A stretch of DNA of 64,000 bases, from positions 992,001 to 1,056,000 of the forward strand of contig CM068769.1 of assembly GCA_035084275.1 (NCBI GenBank). Reading direction: 5' to 3'. The notes below the pieces were generated by a model, which saw only the letters and a list, made by a program, of their open reading frames with translations, was not told where the DNA came from and did no database searches. Both the position numbers and the translations under genes were made by a program. Origin of the DNA: Hydrolagus colliei (taxonomy: Eukaryota). This document shows positions 1 to 11,973 of this stretch, piece after piece (position 1 is the first letter of the stretch; each line of letters begins with the position of its first letter).

Positions 1-314
1 AATGTACACTCCTACTTCTCAAGCTCTTTCTGTATCATTATGTACCTTATGCGATAAAATGTAGGCATTGGTTAATACTTTCGGAAAAAAATACAGATAG
101 AATGCTTACCTAATAAGACGACGATGGCTACTGCTACATAGATGTACATTGTCACATTTATTTAAAGACACTGTTTGCAGAGAGAGTGTTGACAGTGTTG
201 TTGGGGAATGTTTTCTGGGAGGCAGTAAGAGACCGCGATGATGGCTGAACAGTGAATGATATACAGGAGTTGGAATGTGAGGGAGCAGTACTGAGGTTTA
301 TGTATAACGACGTT

Positions 315-375
315 TGTCTACGTCATTCGGCGTCATTTGCTCTGCTCTGCCATCTCGCTCCTCGATTGGTTCTCC
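315..375 (-). promoter_or_regulatory. V-gene promoter block (subfamily C type) of a V lying left of the window
   Basis: Homologous to 13100-13160 and 14985-15045, which lie upstream of subfamily C leaders. On the minus strand it contains CCAAT and CRE-like TGACGCC/TGACGTA. Confidence 0.55.
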
Positions 376-1465
376 TCCACCGCTGACATGTCTCTGAGCA
401 ACCAGATAACTGACACATGCAGCAAATTGCACCAATAATTATGTTAAAAGTCGTCGAAACACATACATGGTATTCACGCAACTGTACTATCTGCGGATTC
501 CGATAGCTTAGTGGTATCAACACAACCCACAAGCAACTTGTCTGTGTTAGATTCTTGTAGGTCGAAATCTGCGACAAGTTTCATAACTCTACCCAACCAA
601 TTATCTTTGCACAGCTATCAGTAGCAGTTCGATTATTTCTCGATTGATCTGGTTGTGTTTCAATGTTCATAATAATTCATAAAATAAGCTATTGAACCCA
701 CCACTGTTGTGTGACATTGCCGTGCACAAATGGCAGCCTGGTTGGGCCTGCAAATCGCCGAGTCACGATATTTTACAATGTAGTATGTAGCGATTAGTGA
801 TGTCTCAAGTTGGACATGGTATTCAGTGGAATCCACTGAGTATGTACACAGGGCTAGATAGTGAACTAATCTGTGATAGTTTCACATCCACTAGGGCAGC
901 TGGCAATTTGGTAAAGAGGTGAAACAATCCTTTGGATGGGAGTTGGATGGTGGTGGGGAGAATTGGGTGTTCAAAGCCAACGGGCAGGCGCCACGTGGCT
1001 TCAGCAGTTTCTCAGATGTCTCTGCTCCAGTTAGTTGAAATTTCCCTTCCTGCTACGTTACCGCTCAAAGCTTCTGGGTTTGGGAAATAAACACATATTT
1101 TTCTAGCATAACTCGTGCATGCAAGATACGTACTGTGCGTTTTAATTCGCTGACTTCAGCTTGATATACTAATATTAACAGTTGCAAATCGTGGGTCTGA
1201 AGAATTGGAAAAGCCATCCAGATAATTGTGAGTATCCAGATCAAACTGTGTACTGTATTTGCGATTGTATTTGCTGAAGCAACTTATTATGGAAGAGCTG
1301 CTAACAGTTTGAATTGATGTAATTTAAAGCCTACCGATGGTTTATTTTGCACCAGCGAATTCCACATCACATCCTCATGCAAACATTAATGGATCGAAGG
1401 CCATTCGCCAATCGATTATCAACCAGAATACAGCTTACTTCTCGCCAGAGAAACCCCAATAGTGC

Positions 1466-1882
1466 TAATCATAGCATTTGATATAGCGCTTTTGACATGA
1501 TATTAAAGTCCCAATGCGCTTCTCATTGTAAAGTGAAACGAAATTAGAAGTTGCTGGGAAAACGCAGTAGGTCAGGAGCATCAATGGAAATAGGGAAACG
1601 AGTCGACCTTTCGGGTCCACGACCCTTCGGCTGAATTTTACAGTATTTTTGTTTGTATACAGTAAAGTGAATTGACTATAGATTTGTGAGCGAAACCCGG
1701 CAGCTGATTGCACACAGAAGTGTCCCAAGAAGCGTCCTGGGTTGAAAATGACCAATATTTATTATTGTTGTTTATTTTTCGGCCGGATTATTATTGCGCA
1801 ATTCAGATAAGGAATGTTTTTCTCTGATCTGGCTGGTCTTACGCTTGTAAGGTGAGTGTTCTAACCACAGAGCTAAAGGAGT
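1466..1882 (-). mobile_element. tRNA-head SINE (AmnSINE1/SacSINE1-like body, L2-type tail)
   Basis: Minus strand shows an A-box-like head (TAGCTCTGTGGTTAGA) and the body and tail (AAGCGCTATATCAAATGC) seen in many copies in this window. Confidence 0.7.
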
Positions 1883-2112
1883 AGTTGGAACTAATCGCGT
1901 CTTCTAGATGCTACTAAATCTCTACTGGTTGTAAAGTGATGTGGAATGACTGTGTATGTTTCCCGCTAATTGTGGCAGCCATACGTGCATAGCAGTGTAC
2001 CACAAACTGTCATCGACTGAAAAGGAAAAAAAAATTAAATGAATAATTATCCCAACGAAAGCGATCCGCCAATCGACGAAAAACTGTATTCCTTCTTAAT
2101 TTGATGTAAATA

Positions 2113-2162
2113 TGTGTGAGTGTGTATGTGTGTGTGTGTGTGTCTGTGTCTGTGTGTGTGTG
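2113..2162. repeat. (TG)n microsatellite
   Basis: Directly visible TG/TC dinucleotide run. Confidence 0.9.
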
Positions 2163-2257
2163 GAATAAGGCAGCACGTCTATTATGTCGCCATCAAACTC
2201 AGGTCGACTTGTTTACGAGGCGAGTGATCTGAATGTTGAGCTACAGTAAGCTCAGCA

Positions 2258-2296
2258 TGTTTTTCTACAGGCTCCTCTTCGACACGCAGCACTGTG
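2258..2296 (-). other. 23-RSS: CACAGTG-23-AGAAAAACA
   Basis: Heptamer 2290-2296, 23-nt spacer, nonamer 2258-2266, directly after YFCAAE. Confidence 0.92.
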
Positions 2297-2592
2297 CTCT
2301 CTGCTGCACAGAAGTAAGTGGCGGTGTCTGTCACCCTCACGTCTGTGATTGCCAGTGTGCTGTTCTTCTCTTTTCCATTAGCCAAAGCACTTATTCTCTC
2401 CTCCGTCTTTACCTCTCTTTGCCCAACACCAATAACCCTATGGAGCCGTTTCCATACTGTTTGTACCAATGGAAGGCTGGGATGATGAACGTCGTGTTGC
2501 AATCCATGGATAACATTTCCATTTTCATTCCATGTAATGACCTGAGTTCTCTGTGACTTCGTTCAGCCCAATTGTCTTCGTTCAGCCCACAA
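2297..2592 (-). pseudogene. TCR alpha/delta-type V pseudogene, subfamily A
   Basis: Contains DC..FHWYKQYGNGSI and, in another frame, ERISA..STLAITDVRVTDTATYFCAA. Two frameshifts relative to the intact paralog at 15981, a 14-nt duplication at the 5' end, and no acceptor or leader found. Confidence 0.9.
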
Positions 2593-3347
2593 GGTAGTAA
2601 GTTCATGCATACTTCAATATAGTCTTTCAAGCCCTTTGTATCATCTGAACGACGTAATTCTGTGCTTATTCAAATGCAACCAAATGTAGCTATTATTGTT
2701 ATTCGTGTTATTATAGGTCTCAATGAGTTTGTTAGATTTACAAATAGCTTGCATACATCCTTATCAAGTAAATTCATTAACGATTCTCACAGATACACAC
2801 AGGTTTTTCTCTCGAGGGTAGAGATTGTGTGTTTGATAATCTCAGCCAATTCGTTTACAACAATTTTCACTCTATCACCTGTGAAGTAAGCAAACAATTG
2901 AGCTTTTGGAATGTCTGTCCAATCACCAGGGAAACACTTGATCTTACTGGAGCAGAGACATGGCATCAACATCGACCATTGTTAGAAACCGACTGGACCT
3001 CTGTTTGATGGTTCAACAGGAGGATAGCTTCTCTGACATTCTAGAAACATCCCAGGCCTGCACTGGAGTTTAAACCCAGTGCATCAATCCAGAATCGAGT
3101 ATATCATTCACAGTGCGCAGTTAAGCCGCTTTAGAATGCAGTCGGTGGTAGACGAACTAAAATGAACTTTGATGATTATATCTGCTAACAACAACAATAA
3201 TACATGTTTCTTGCATTTAATAAAGTGAAGAGCTTTTAGACGTGTAGAAGATTTGAAAACGTACTACATCATATAAGTGGATTACTATTGTTTTTGCGAA
3301 TGCATTCAAATGTGTTATTGTTGAATGCTTGAACTGCGCAGCCCAGT

Positions 3348-3673
3348 CTAAAGCAATAAATTTTTACTTTGTGCATTCAAGGCTTCACTAACTATTTCAA
3401 AAGTGATAGCTGCTACAGCAAAGGCAGTTATCATTACCAGTGTTATTACCAGAGCTGTACCGTTCCTTCGTTGGAATTCCATCCAAGGATATAAGCTGTT
3501 ATCTATGATTTCTAAAATTAGATAAAGTAAGTCAGTGTTAAACGTTTTCCAGAAGTAAACCAATATAAAAACAGATTTTTATTATCAATATCTAACACCT
3601 TGATCATACCAATATGATCTACTGAAGGGCAGATGCTTGTTTGTGAGAAGCACAACAATATAGAAACAATCAT
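3348..3673 (-). pseudogene. Degenerate V relic (leader exon 3610-3673, exon 2 3348-3511); spliced frame open for 75 aa
   Basis: GTATGA donor and TTTTAG acceptor. The leader end is homologous to the subfamily B leader remnant at 18141. Exon 2 begins NSLYP (cf. NSLLP in the V at 4670). An IYC motif plus heptamer-like CGCAGTT lies in another frame. About half the V length is missing. Confidence 0.5.
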
Positions 3674-4296
3674 AGACAAATTGCTCCTTGATCAATCGAA
3701 TGCGTTAATCGGGCTTTAGACAAACTTTTGTACATTTCAGCTGAGCCAGCGATAGTGTATAGCAGGGAAACATTGTCAACTGTAACAGGAAGCACCTGCT
3801 GTGGCTGCCAAGTCAGTTGTTACAGAAAGCAACGTGGGACGTTATGTCAGATGCTCCTGATGTTATCGGTGTACATAGAGGCCATTTTCGGTAGGTTGGA
3901 ACTATAACACGTGTACAAATGATTGCAAATTGTTTTCGACCCACCCAATCTTACCTGTTCCTATCCTACCCTTTGGATATTTACACCTCATTCTCATTTC
4001 CCTGCTCGTTTCTCGTACTGCCTATGCTTAACTGGGACATTCGACTCGAACTTCACCTCTTATTGCGACGTGTCTCTGCTTATACTTGTTTACACTCGTT
4101 ACTTGTATTCCTTGCGCTTAACTTGCTTTTGTTGCATTTCCTAACAAGTTCATTCAGCATTTATATTACAGCACCACAAGTATTGCATCAATTTATATTT
4201 ATATTACCGTGACATAGCGCTTCTTTTTATGATGCCTCGGTGTGCTATATTAACCTGGATGTAAATTGACTCAGTTATAATTTTTGCTCACGCAGT

Positions 4297-4322
4297 GACT
4301 CCCCCTGGCGTTTTACCTGCAA
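4297..4322 (-). promoter_or_regulatory. CTCF-like site about 25 bp 3' of the RSS nonamer
   Basis: TTGCAGGTAAAACGCCAGGGGGAGTC resembles the CCACCAGGGGGCGC core. The same position is occupied by a CTCF-like core in the paralog at 17604-17618. Confidence 0.5.
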
Positions 4323-4335
4323 AACAACCAGTTGA

Positions 4336-4374
4336 CGTTTTTGGATGGAGTCGCCATAACCTAGCAGCAGTGTG
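4336..4374 (-). other. 23-RSS: CACACTG-23-CCAAAAACG
   Basis: Heptamer 4368-4374, nonamer 4336-4344, after VYHCALEP. Confidence 0.85.
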
Positions 4375-4670
4375 GGTTCCAAGGCACAGTGATACACGGC
4401 ATTGTCGCTGACCAGGTCGCTGGCAATGCTCAGTTCAAAACCTTGACTCGTTTTATCGACGGTGGAGGAAAATCTAGCTGGGAATCTCCTGTGATCCTTC
4501 CCTGCAATAGGGAGAAGAATATAGACGGGAGCGTTGCTGGAAGCCTGTCTACCAGTAGAGATAGGAGGTGTCACTGATTGTGTTTAAGGTGCAGGATAAC
4601 TTCACATCTTCTCCTTCTTCAACCGATCTCTCAGTAATCGATTGTGTCCCGCTGGGTAGCAGACTGTTAC
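4375..4670 (-). pseudogene. TCR alpha/delta-type V pseudogene, subfamily B
   Basis: CACAG acceptor; GNSLLPSGTQSITERSVEEGEDVKLSC..YLYW then a 2-nt deletion (TGGTAGACAG) creating a stop and frameshift; RFSSTVDKT..DNAVYHCAL. Confidence 0.9.
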
Positions 4671-5289
4671 CTGTGATCAAAATGCCAGTTAATAATCCGT
4701 CCAACAAATCCCACAACACAATAATAAGATTGTTCGTTTCAATCCATCACTGTTTGTGGGCCACAGCGGAGCACAGTTTTCTGCTTCGTTTCGCTCACAA
4801 ATATATAGTCAATCCACTTTACTATGTATTTTGTGTAGTGCATTGAGACGTAGAGTGGACGTAAAAAGCGCTATATCAAAAGGAAGGATTATTATTATTT
4901 ACATATTATTTGCAAAATGAACATATTTGTTGAAAATCAAGTTCATGTTAAGCGAAATTATGTCGAGTATTGATCAGATGACTTGCACCGTAAGTCAGAG
5001 GACCTACGTGACACTATATTTGTATGTTGAATTTTCTGAAACTTGATATAAGGCGCTAGAACAAATGCTAGGCTGAATAATATCATAACGTTGTTTAAAG
5101 AAATCAAAAATTGGTTTAAAGAGGAATTTCTTTAAAAAAAGCATTACTTACCGCCAAGTAAGCTGAGAGTTACTGAGAGCACAGCACACGTCAACCACAT
5201 GGGCGATGTGATTGTAGAATGAATGACATTCACTCTCCAATTTGTGGCTGTTTATTAAGAATGTTGAAGAAATGTCACACAGTGACTAT

Positions 5290-5480
5290 ACCGCCCAGAC
5301 ACAGAGCCACGCCCACACCGCTATAGCGCCGCCCACAGAGAGACCCTCCCACACAGCCACAACCCCGCCCACACAGAACCCCACGCACACAGCCACAGCC
5401 CAGCCCACACATTGGACCGCCTGCAACACAAAATCCCGCCAAAAACGCCACAGCTCCCGCCCACACCGCCACAGCACAAG
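5290..5480. repeat. GC-box-rich degenerate minisatellite (CACAGAGCCCCGCCCA-like)
   Basis: Repeated (C)CGCCCACAC(AG) units; homologous block with a shared left flank at 21410-21800. Confidence 0.7.
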
Positions 5481-6472
5481 CAACTCAGTGTCAGGTTCAC
5501 AGAGTGACCCGCCCTTACTCACTGCCAGCACACATTGCCCAGTCACTGCCCTGACCACACAGAGGTATTTCACCCTATCACTTCCATGCTTACTAATTAA
5601 TTGCCTTGCACACACATAACCCTACTACGCAGATACTATCCCGCACAAATGATGTCCTTGAGAGAGCCAAGTAACTGAGTCCCTGCCTGCCCACAAAGAG
5701 CCCGACCATACGGAGCCCCAATCACCCAACCATACACAGCTACGTCTACAGATCGTAGAAGGGACAAGCTGATCTGACGTGTGGAATAGATTAATGTCAA
5801 CATATTTAGGGAAAGTTGAACCAGGGGACCTTGACCTTCATGTGCCTTGGTTTTGAAGACTGTCAATTTGGGATAAGTGGGAGGACAGACTCGTGTTTCT
5901 CCCACAAACAATTCGCGTTTCAATGTTCCCTGTGAAGCGAAACCAGAATTTATCTGTGAAGAATATAAACATGATTTGTCGTTTGTTTTTAAGATATTCT
6001 ACTTCGCGAATAACCACAGAACAAAGAACTCTACGTAGCAGTATTCCCCAGACTAAAATCTATGAACTAATCTTTGTTACAATAATAGGATAAGATTTTT
6101 TTTTTTATATAAGCCTTACCTTTGGTGAAGCGCCTTATCACGTTTCCAACACATCTCAACGCTCTGTATGGAAACTACTGTAAGTTCATACATTACATAT
6201 TATATGGGCGAAACACGGCTGCCAGTTGCATACGTTACAGTTTTATAAGCTTAAGTGACAATGTCAAACAATTATGATTATTATTGAAAGGATAATTATC
6301 GTTGAAAGTATCTCTTTCATGGTAATAAATGAGATCCTATTTACTGCTGGTATAACAGAGGCGTGTGTGTAAACGACAGCACGTTTTGCTCTGCCATGAT
6401 TTAACCCAGGTGCTCTCACTGCAGACCTAAATATTTCAGTGTGTGGGGGGGGGGGTTATGGCAGGATCAGTG

Positions 6473-6788
6473 GCCTGTGGGGCCCAACGCACAGTAATAT
6501 GCAGCGGAGATTGGAACTCTCACTTTGGATATGGTTTATGGCTCATTTCCCCATTGTATCGATTTTGGTTGAGAACCATTATTTAGCAAATTCTGCAAGG
6601 TCCCGTTTGCTGCTCCTGGAGAGAATGATAAGGATATACCCTCGAGCTTTGTTGGGATAGTGACGGTACTAGAACAGATACAGAGTGCAGCAGCTTCCAA
6701 CTGTATAATTACACTGCAGATACACATCCTCCCATTCATTCACTGTCACAGTTGACTGGAGTGTCATAGTGCCTCAAATTGTTTTTTC
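6473..6788 (-). pseudogene. TCR V pseudogene, subfamily C (heavily decayed)
   Basis: TTTTCCAG acceptor; LQCNYTVGSCCTLYLF*YRHYPNK..EFAK*..AAYYCALG with several stops and frameshifts. Heptamer is CACAGGC and the nonamer is replaced by a C-run. Confidence 0.85.
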
Positions 6789-7734
6789 CTGGAAAACAGA
6801 CACACAGCCGGGTTCAGTAGAGTAATAGCAACAACGATAAGACAATATAGCAGCATCTCGCATCTTGGAGACGAATTAAATTGTATCATACACTGCATAA
6901 TGTAAATCGAATAGCGCACAAATGTTGCGCACAATCGATCGTGCAATGATTGTCCAAATTGTTATTAGTATCTGAAATTTGTAGGTATAACTACTCCCAG
7001 GAAGCAGTCCGCCAAAACGCCATCTGCTGCATTCCGAATTCGTTATATGTAAAAACCATGACTAGTGCGGAGCACATAATCGTTGAAATTGTTTCGACCT
7101 GTTCAGTTGTGTGTTGCAATGTTTCAAGTCCTCAATGTTCAGTTATGTACAGCCATGTCCCACAAACAGTCGTGGATTGATCAACCAATTTGTCATTTAA
7201 AAATTATTCTTAGAAAGCGATTCGTTCATTGAAGAACGACAACAACAAGAACATTAGTATAGCGCCTTTTCACGTCAGGAGAGCATCCCAAGGGGCTCGG
7301 AGAAACAAGTGGTTTCCTGCGTATTGTTTACTCACAGCGACTTGAGGTGATAGAAAGCGTGTTCGAATTTTCTCCCGCGCTCCCGGGAATTGAACACTGG
7401 CTCTCCCGCTTGAGAGGGGATCATTCTAAATTCTATGCTTCTGATTGTATATAATGTGCGCATCATGCATTGGTCATGTCCAAACATACTTACTGGTGAT
7501 AGTGAGAATTGCTATCAGTAACTGGCAGTGGGCTGCCATGCTAGCTCCTGAGGTTTGGACAGGTAATTGAGTCTCTTCCATTATAAGTGTCTGCAATGCT
7601 ACTTCATTTGAATGTTGTGAGGCAGCGGCGGGTCGGACCTGTGCAGTTGGCTATTGTCTACATGTGTAGGCGTTGCCCACTAACCAGTGGATTTAGAAAT
7701 CGATCTATCCTAATTTGGGACGTCCTCTCCACAT

Positions 7735-8060
7735 GGAGCTTTTGTTTCTCAGTGATTGGAGCACTCGCTTTAGAAGCGTGAGACCTGATTTCGAATCCAG
7801 GCACATCAGGGCGAAACCTTCGGCAAGTTTCCTTAAACCGGACACACACCTAAAATTAATCAATTTAAAAAAACGCACAATAATAAGATTGGTCATTTCA
7901 ATCCATGACTGTTTGTGGGTACGCTGCTGTGTGCATTTGGCTGCCGCATTTTGCTCGCAATTACACAGTCAATTCGCTTGACAGTATGTTCTGTAAAACG
8001 CTTCGAGACGTCAAGTAAATGTGAAAATCGCTAAACGAAATGCAAGTATTAATACTTTCA
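7735..8060 (+). mobile_element. tRNA-head SINE
   Basis: A/B-box head, conserved body (CTGTTTGTGGG..TTGGCTGCCGC) and GACGTCAAG..ATGCAAGTATT tail. Confidence 0.7.
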
Positions 8061-8667
8061 AATATGTAATTTTGTTTTTGTTGTTGCTGTAAAGGTGATT
8101 GGCAGCTGGTGTATCTGGGAACATAATGAAATGTAGACTTGCAATAAGCCCACAAAGAAACTGATATAGGTGAACGCAACTCACAAGTGAGCCGACTTTG
8201 GTTTGATTCCCAGGCAGGGCGATACTTGCGCAAATGTTCGTAATCTATACACGCAGCTACATGTCGTTAATAATGAGTCGGATGCTGTAACTTTGTCTAT
8301 TGGTGGATCACGTTGCTGCCATAATCAATCCTTCAAATATTAATAATAATAATAACGATTTTTTCCTTCCTTCTCTGGTTGTTTTTGGTAAAATGTTCTG
8401 GGCATTTCACTGCCAAGTTTCACAAACGAAATATACAATCATTAGTGTATACAGTAGATCGTCTGTGGTACTTTAATGGGAAAGTTGATGAAACAATATA
8501 TCGAAATTAAAAACAACAATTCTTATAACTCGCAAAACAGTATATTCCGTGAAGTACTTTGAGGCATCTTGAAGATTCGAAATGGGACTGTATGAATTAC
8601 ATGGATTGTTTTTGTTGTTGTGAATGCATTCATTTGTGTGATTAATGCTTTAACTGTGCAGCCCAGT

Positions 8668-9051
8668 CTAGTGCAGTAAACATTTACTTTGTGCCTTCAG
8701 GGCTTTACTATCTTTTTCAAAAGTGAAAGTTGCTACAGCAAAGGCAGTTACAGTTGCTAGTATTATTAACAATGTCGTCCGATCTTTTGTTGGCAATGTA
8801 TCCACGGGAAGAAGCTGTTAACTATGTTTTCTAAAATGAGATAATGTAGGCCAGTATTAAATGTTCTCCCAAATTAAACCAATAAAAAAACTCGTATCGA
8901 AATCCAACAACTTCATCAAACCAATAAGATCCACGGAAGGGCTAATGATTGTTTGTGAGAGTTACAACAATAAACAAACCTTGATAGAAAAATTGCTCCT
9001 TAGTTAACCGAAGCCTTGTGTTAATCAGGCTTGAGACAAACCTTCGTACAT
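8668..9051 (-). pseudogene. Degenerate V relic, copy 2
   Basis: Part of a 3300-4250 / 8630-9560 duplication. Exon 2 (8668-8830) is 1 nt shorter than copy 1, there are stops in the leader frame, and VYC is followed by CACAGTT. Confidence 0.5.
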
Positions 9052-9969
9052 ATTGCGCTGAGCCAGCGATAGTGTATAGCAGGGAAACAGTGTCAGTTGT
9101 AACAGGAAGCACCTTCTGTGGCTGCCAAATCAGTTGTTAGAGAAAGCAACGTGGGAAGTTATGTCAGTGGCTGCTAATGCTTTAGGTGTGTTTAAAGCGA
9201 CATGTGTTGGTAGATTGCAGATATAACATGTGTACTGCAGAGACAAATGATTGCAAATTGATTTCGATTGAATCTTTCCTGCTCCTATCCTATTCGTTGA
9301 ATATTTACGCATTATTCTCATTTCCCTGCTTGTTTCTCATAATGCCTATGCTTCACTGGGACATTCGACTCCAACCTCATTGCGACTTGTCTCTCCGTAT
9401 ACTTGTCATCCCCAATTTAGCTTTATTCCTTGTACTTATCTTGTACTTGGTAATGTTACATTTCGTATTGTTGACATTAAGAATTTACATTATAGATACA
9501 TAAGATTTTCATCGATATAAATTTATATTACATTGATACAGCGCTTATCACAGTGATGTCTCAAGGTGCTGTATTGCCTTGAAGAGAAGTGACAAATAAT
9601 CTGGATCAATGTTACCTCTCCTCTCACTCCATGGACCAACATTCATGGTGGTTTGCTTTAAGGCGTTGATTTCGTTTGCTCCAACTGCACACCCAGAAAT
9701 GGGTTCAGCAGTAGTTTCGATCGCATAAGTCGACTGTTCTAACTACTGAGCTACAGGAGCTTATTGTAATCGCATAAAACGCTGGTTCACACTTAAAGCA
9801 AAGTAATCAGAGATGTGTGGAATAAGGAAACTTGCCTAACTACAAACACTTGTAATTGCATAGCGCCTTCTACGCATCTTAGAGAGTTTCTCCCTCAATA
9901 GGAATTGAACCCAGCTCCTGCCGCTTTAGAGTTGAGTGCTCTAAGCAATATGGCACATAACGACACTAG

Positions 9970-10007
9970 GGGTTTTGTACGGATGTCTCGGGGACACCTT
10001 CTCTGTG
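9970..10007 (-). other. RSS: CACAGAG-22-ACAAAACCC
   Basis: Heptamer 10001-10007, 22-nt spacer, nonamer 9970-9978. Confidence 0.8.
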
Positions 10008-11219
10008 GGCCTCAGTGCACAAACATAGGCAGCGGTGTCGCTGAGCTGGAGATTCGCGATGTTGAAATAGGAATGTTTCTTAGAGGAATCCATCAGGGCA
10101 GAGAAGCGTTCCTGACTGATATCCTTCAAGTAGGAATGCCTTTGGATGAGGAAAGCGCGCCGTTCACAGCGGCGATGGCGTTACAGTAGCATTGAGATGC
10201 TGTCGCTGGTCGTGGAGACATTACAGCTGATAGTCAGTGAGGTGCTTTCCAAACGCCAGGCTGCTTTCGGGATCTGCCTCACCGAATCTCCATCACTGAT
10301 TCCTACAGGAATCAATTGTATTATTCAGCGTTGAAACCATTAATACTAAGTTAAAAATAAACATCGCTATTATATGCGGCGTTCATGCGATTTACAGGAT
10401 ATGGAGCTCCCGTGGCACAGTGGTTAGAGCACAAGCCTTACAAGCGGGAGAGCTGTGTTCAAGTCCAGGCAGCTCAGGGTGAAATCCTGGCAAGTTTCCT
10501 TACTCCACACACGCGCCTAATAATAAATCCTCTAAAATTAAAAACAAACATAAATTGTTCATTTTCAATCCACGACTGTTTGTGGGGACGCTGCTGTGCG
10601 CAAATGGCTGCCGCGTTTCGCCCACAAACATACAGTGAATTTACCTTAAAGTGCACTTTACATTACTCTTTTCTGTACTCTGTGAAACGTTACAGTACCC
10701 TTTGAAGCTTTACAGTACCCTGTGAAGCTCCTCGAGACGTCGGTAATTTGTGAAAAGCTCACTGTCAAATTAAAGAATTATTATTCTTTACAACGAAACG
10801 CTTTGAGTCGATTTCAGAATGTCTCCACCCACGGGAAAACTTTGCTCCGCGAGATAACACAAGAGGCCACAAGTCTGTACGAATTTGTCCGTCATTGGAA
10901 AATTAAATGGCATCGTCCTGCAAATGGTGAAATCATAATAATAATTCTTGAATTTCACAAAGCGCTTTTCATGACTTCTGGACGTCACTAAGCGCTTCAC
11001 AGAATATACTGTAAAGTGAGTTGACTGCATAATTGTGAGTGAAGCTTGACTGACAATTGTGCATAGCAATGTTAAAGTAAACAGTATTAAAGGAGAATCT
11101 GTTTAGAGACGACCAGTGGTACTAGCATGGACGGGATGGGCTTTCGGTAATGATAACTAGGTTAACTAATCATACAGTGAGATTGCGATGGCTGCGGAGG
11201 GCAAATATCCCAACTGCAT
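10008..11219 (-). pseudogene. TCR V pseudogene, subfamily D (V exon 10008-10302; probable leader 11176-11219)
   Basis: GISDGDSVRQIP..LTISCNVSTTSDSISMLL*RH..RFSALMDSSKKHSYFNIANLQLSDTAAYVCALR, with a stop at the conserved WY. The putative leader MQLGYLPSAAIAIS is out of phase (44 nt). TGACGCA at 11329-11335. Confidence 0.85.
10403..10788 (+). mobile_element. Full-length tRNA-head SINE in the V intron
   Basis: GGAGCTCCCGTGGCACAGTGGTTAGAGC (A-box)..GTTCAAGTCC (B-box), with body and tail present. Confidence 0.85.
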
Positions 11220-11934
11220 TACGATCAGACACCACAAACAGAGTTTAGGTCCCTGTTGCGCTTGACACCGCATGACACTGAGGACATAGTTGTAGCGGAG
11301 AATCATTTGTGGTGTTGCCTCTTATCTGTGCGTCACTATCTCGTCCATCTAGCTGCTGTGGGCGTGTGGCATTCCTCCTTTCAGATTCATGGCGTAAAGG
11401 TGCGCATTTGAATATGAATATACACATCCACAAAATATAGAGACAATTCACTTTACAGTATAGTCTGTGAAGCTCTTTGAGATATATGAATGGTAAGGCG
11501 GTTGATGAGATGGAAGCATCATTATAATAATCCATTATTTCTTCATCAGACGCACTTTTCTTCCGTCTTCATTAGAATTAATCGAATTCTATATTTATTG
11601 TAATGCCAATATAACCGACCACCTTTATATCTCAACAAAACCTGTAAAAGTTGGACAATTGCAAGATATAGTGACTGCTCACGTCTGTGTCTCTTTGAAT
11701 TGAATACGTAATATATGATTAATAGATGTACTATTTTGAACGAATTATACCAACCGTAAATTAATCGATTCACCTATCAAGTAGGAAAAGGGTTGCAAAT
11801 GACTGCTGTCTACACAGATTTATGCACTGATTATGAAAACTTGCTCAAAGCTTCGTGCTACAGATAATGGATCCCAGAAGCTCTTCCTTGTGAGGCGACT
11901 GGTCTAACTTCTGAGCTAGTGGATACGGCATGAT

Positions 11935-11973
11935 AGTTTTTGTAGGGCGGAAACACTTATCTGTGTCTCTGTC
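11935..11973 (-). other. Defective RSS: GACAGAG-23-ACAAAAACT
   Basis: The essential CAC of the heptamer is disrupted; nonamer 11935-11943. Confidence 0.75.

Noticed and set aside
3919-4212. Hydrophobic plus-strand ORF with a similar ORF at 9186-9503
   Set aside because: The similarity is explained by the 3300-4250 / 8630-9560 duplication of pyrimidine-rich sequence. No splice signals or family motif.
5242-5619. Thr/Pro/His-rich ORFs here and at 21506-21933 and 25352-25762
   Set aside because: They are translations of minisatellite or purine-rich low-complexity DNA.
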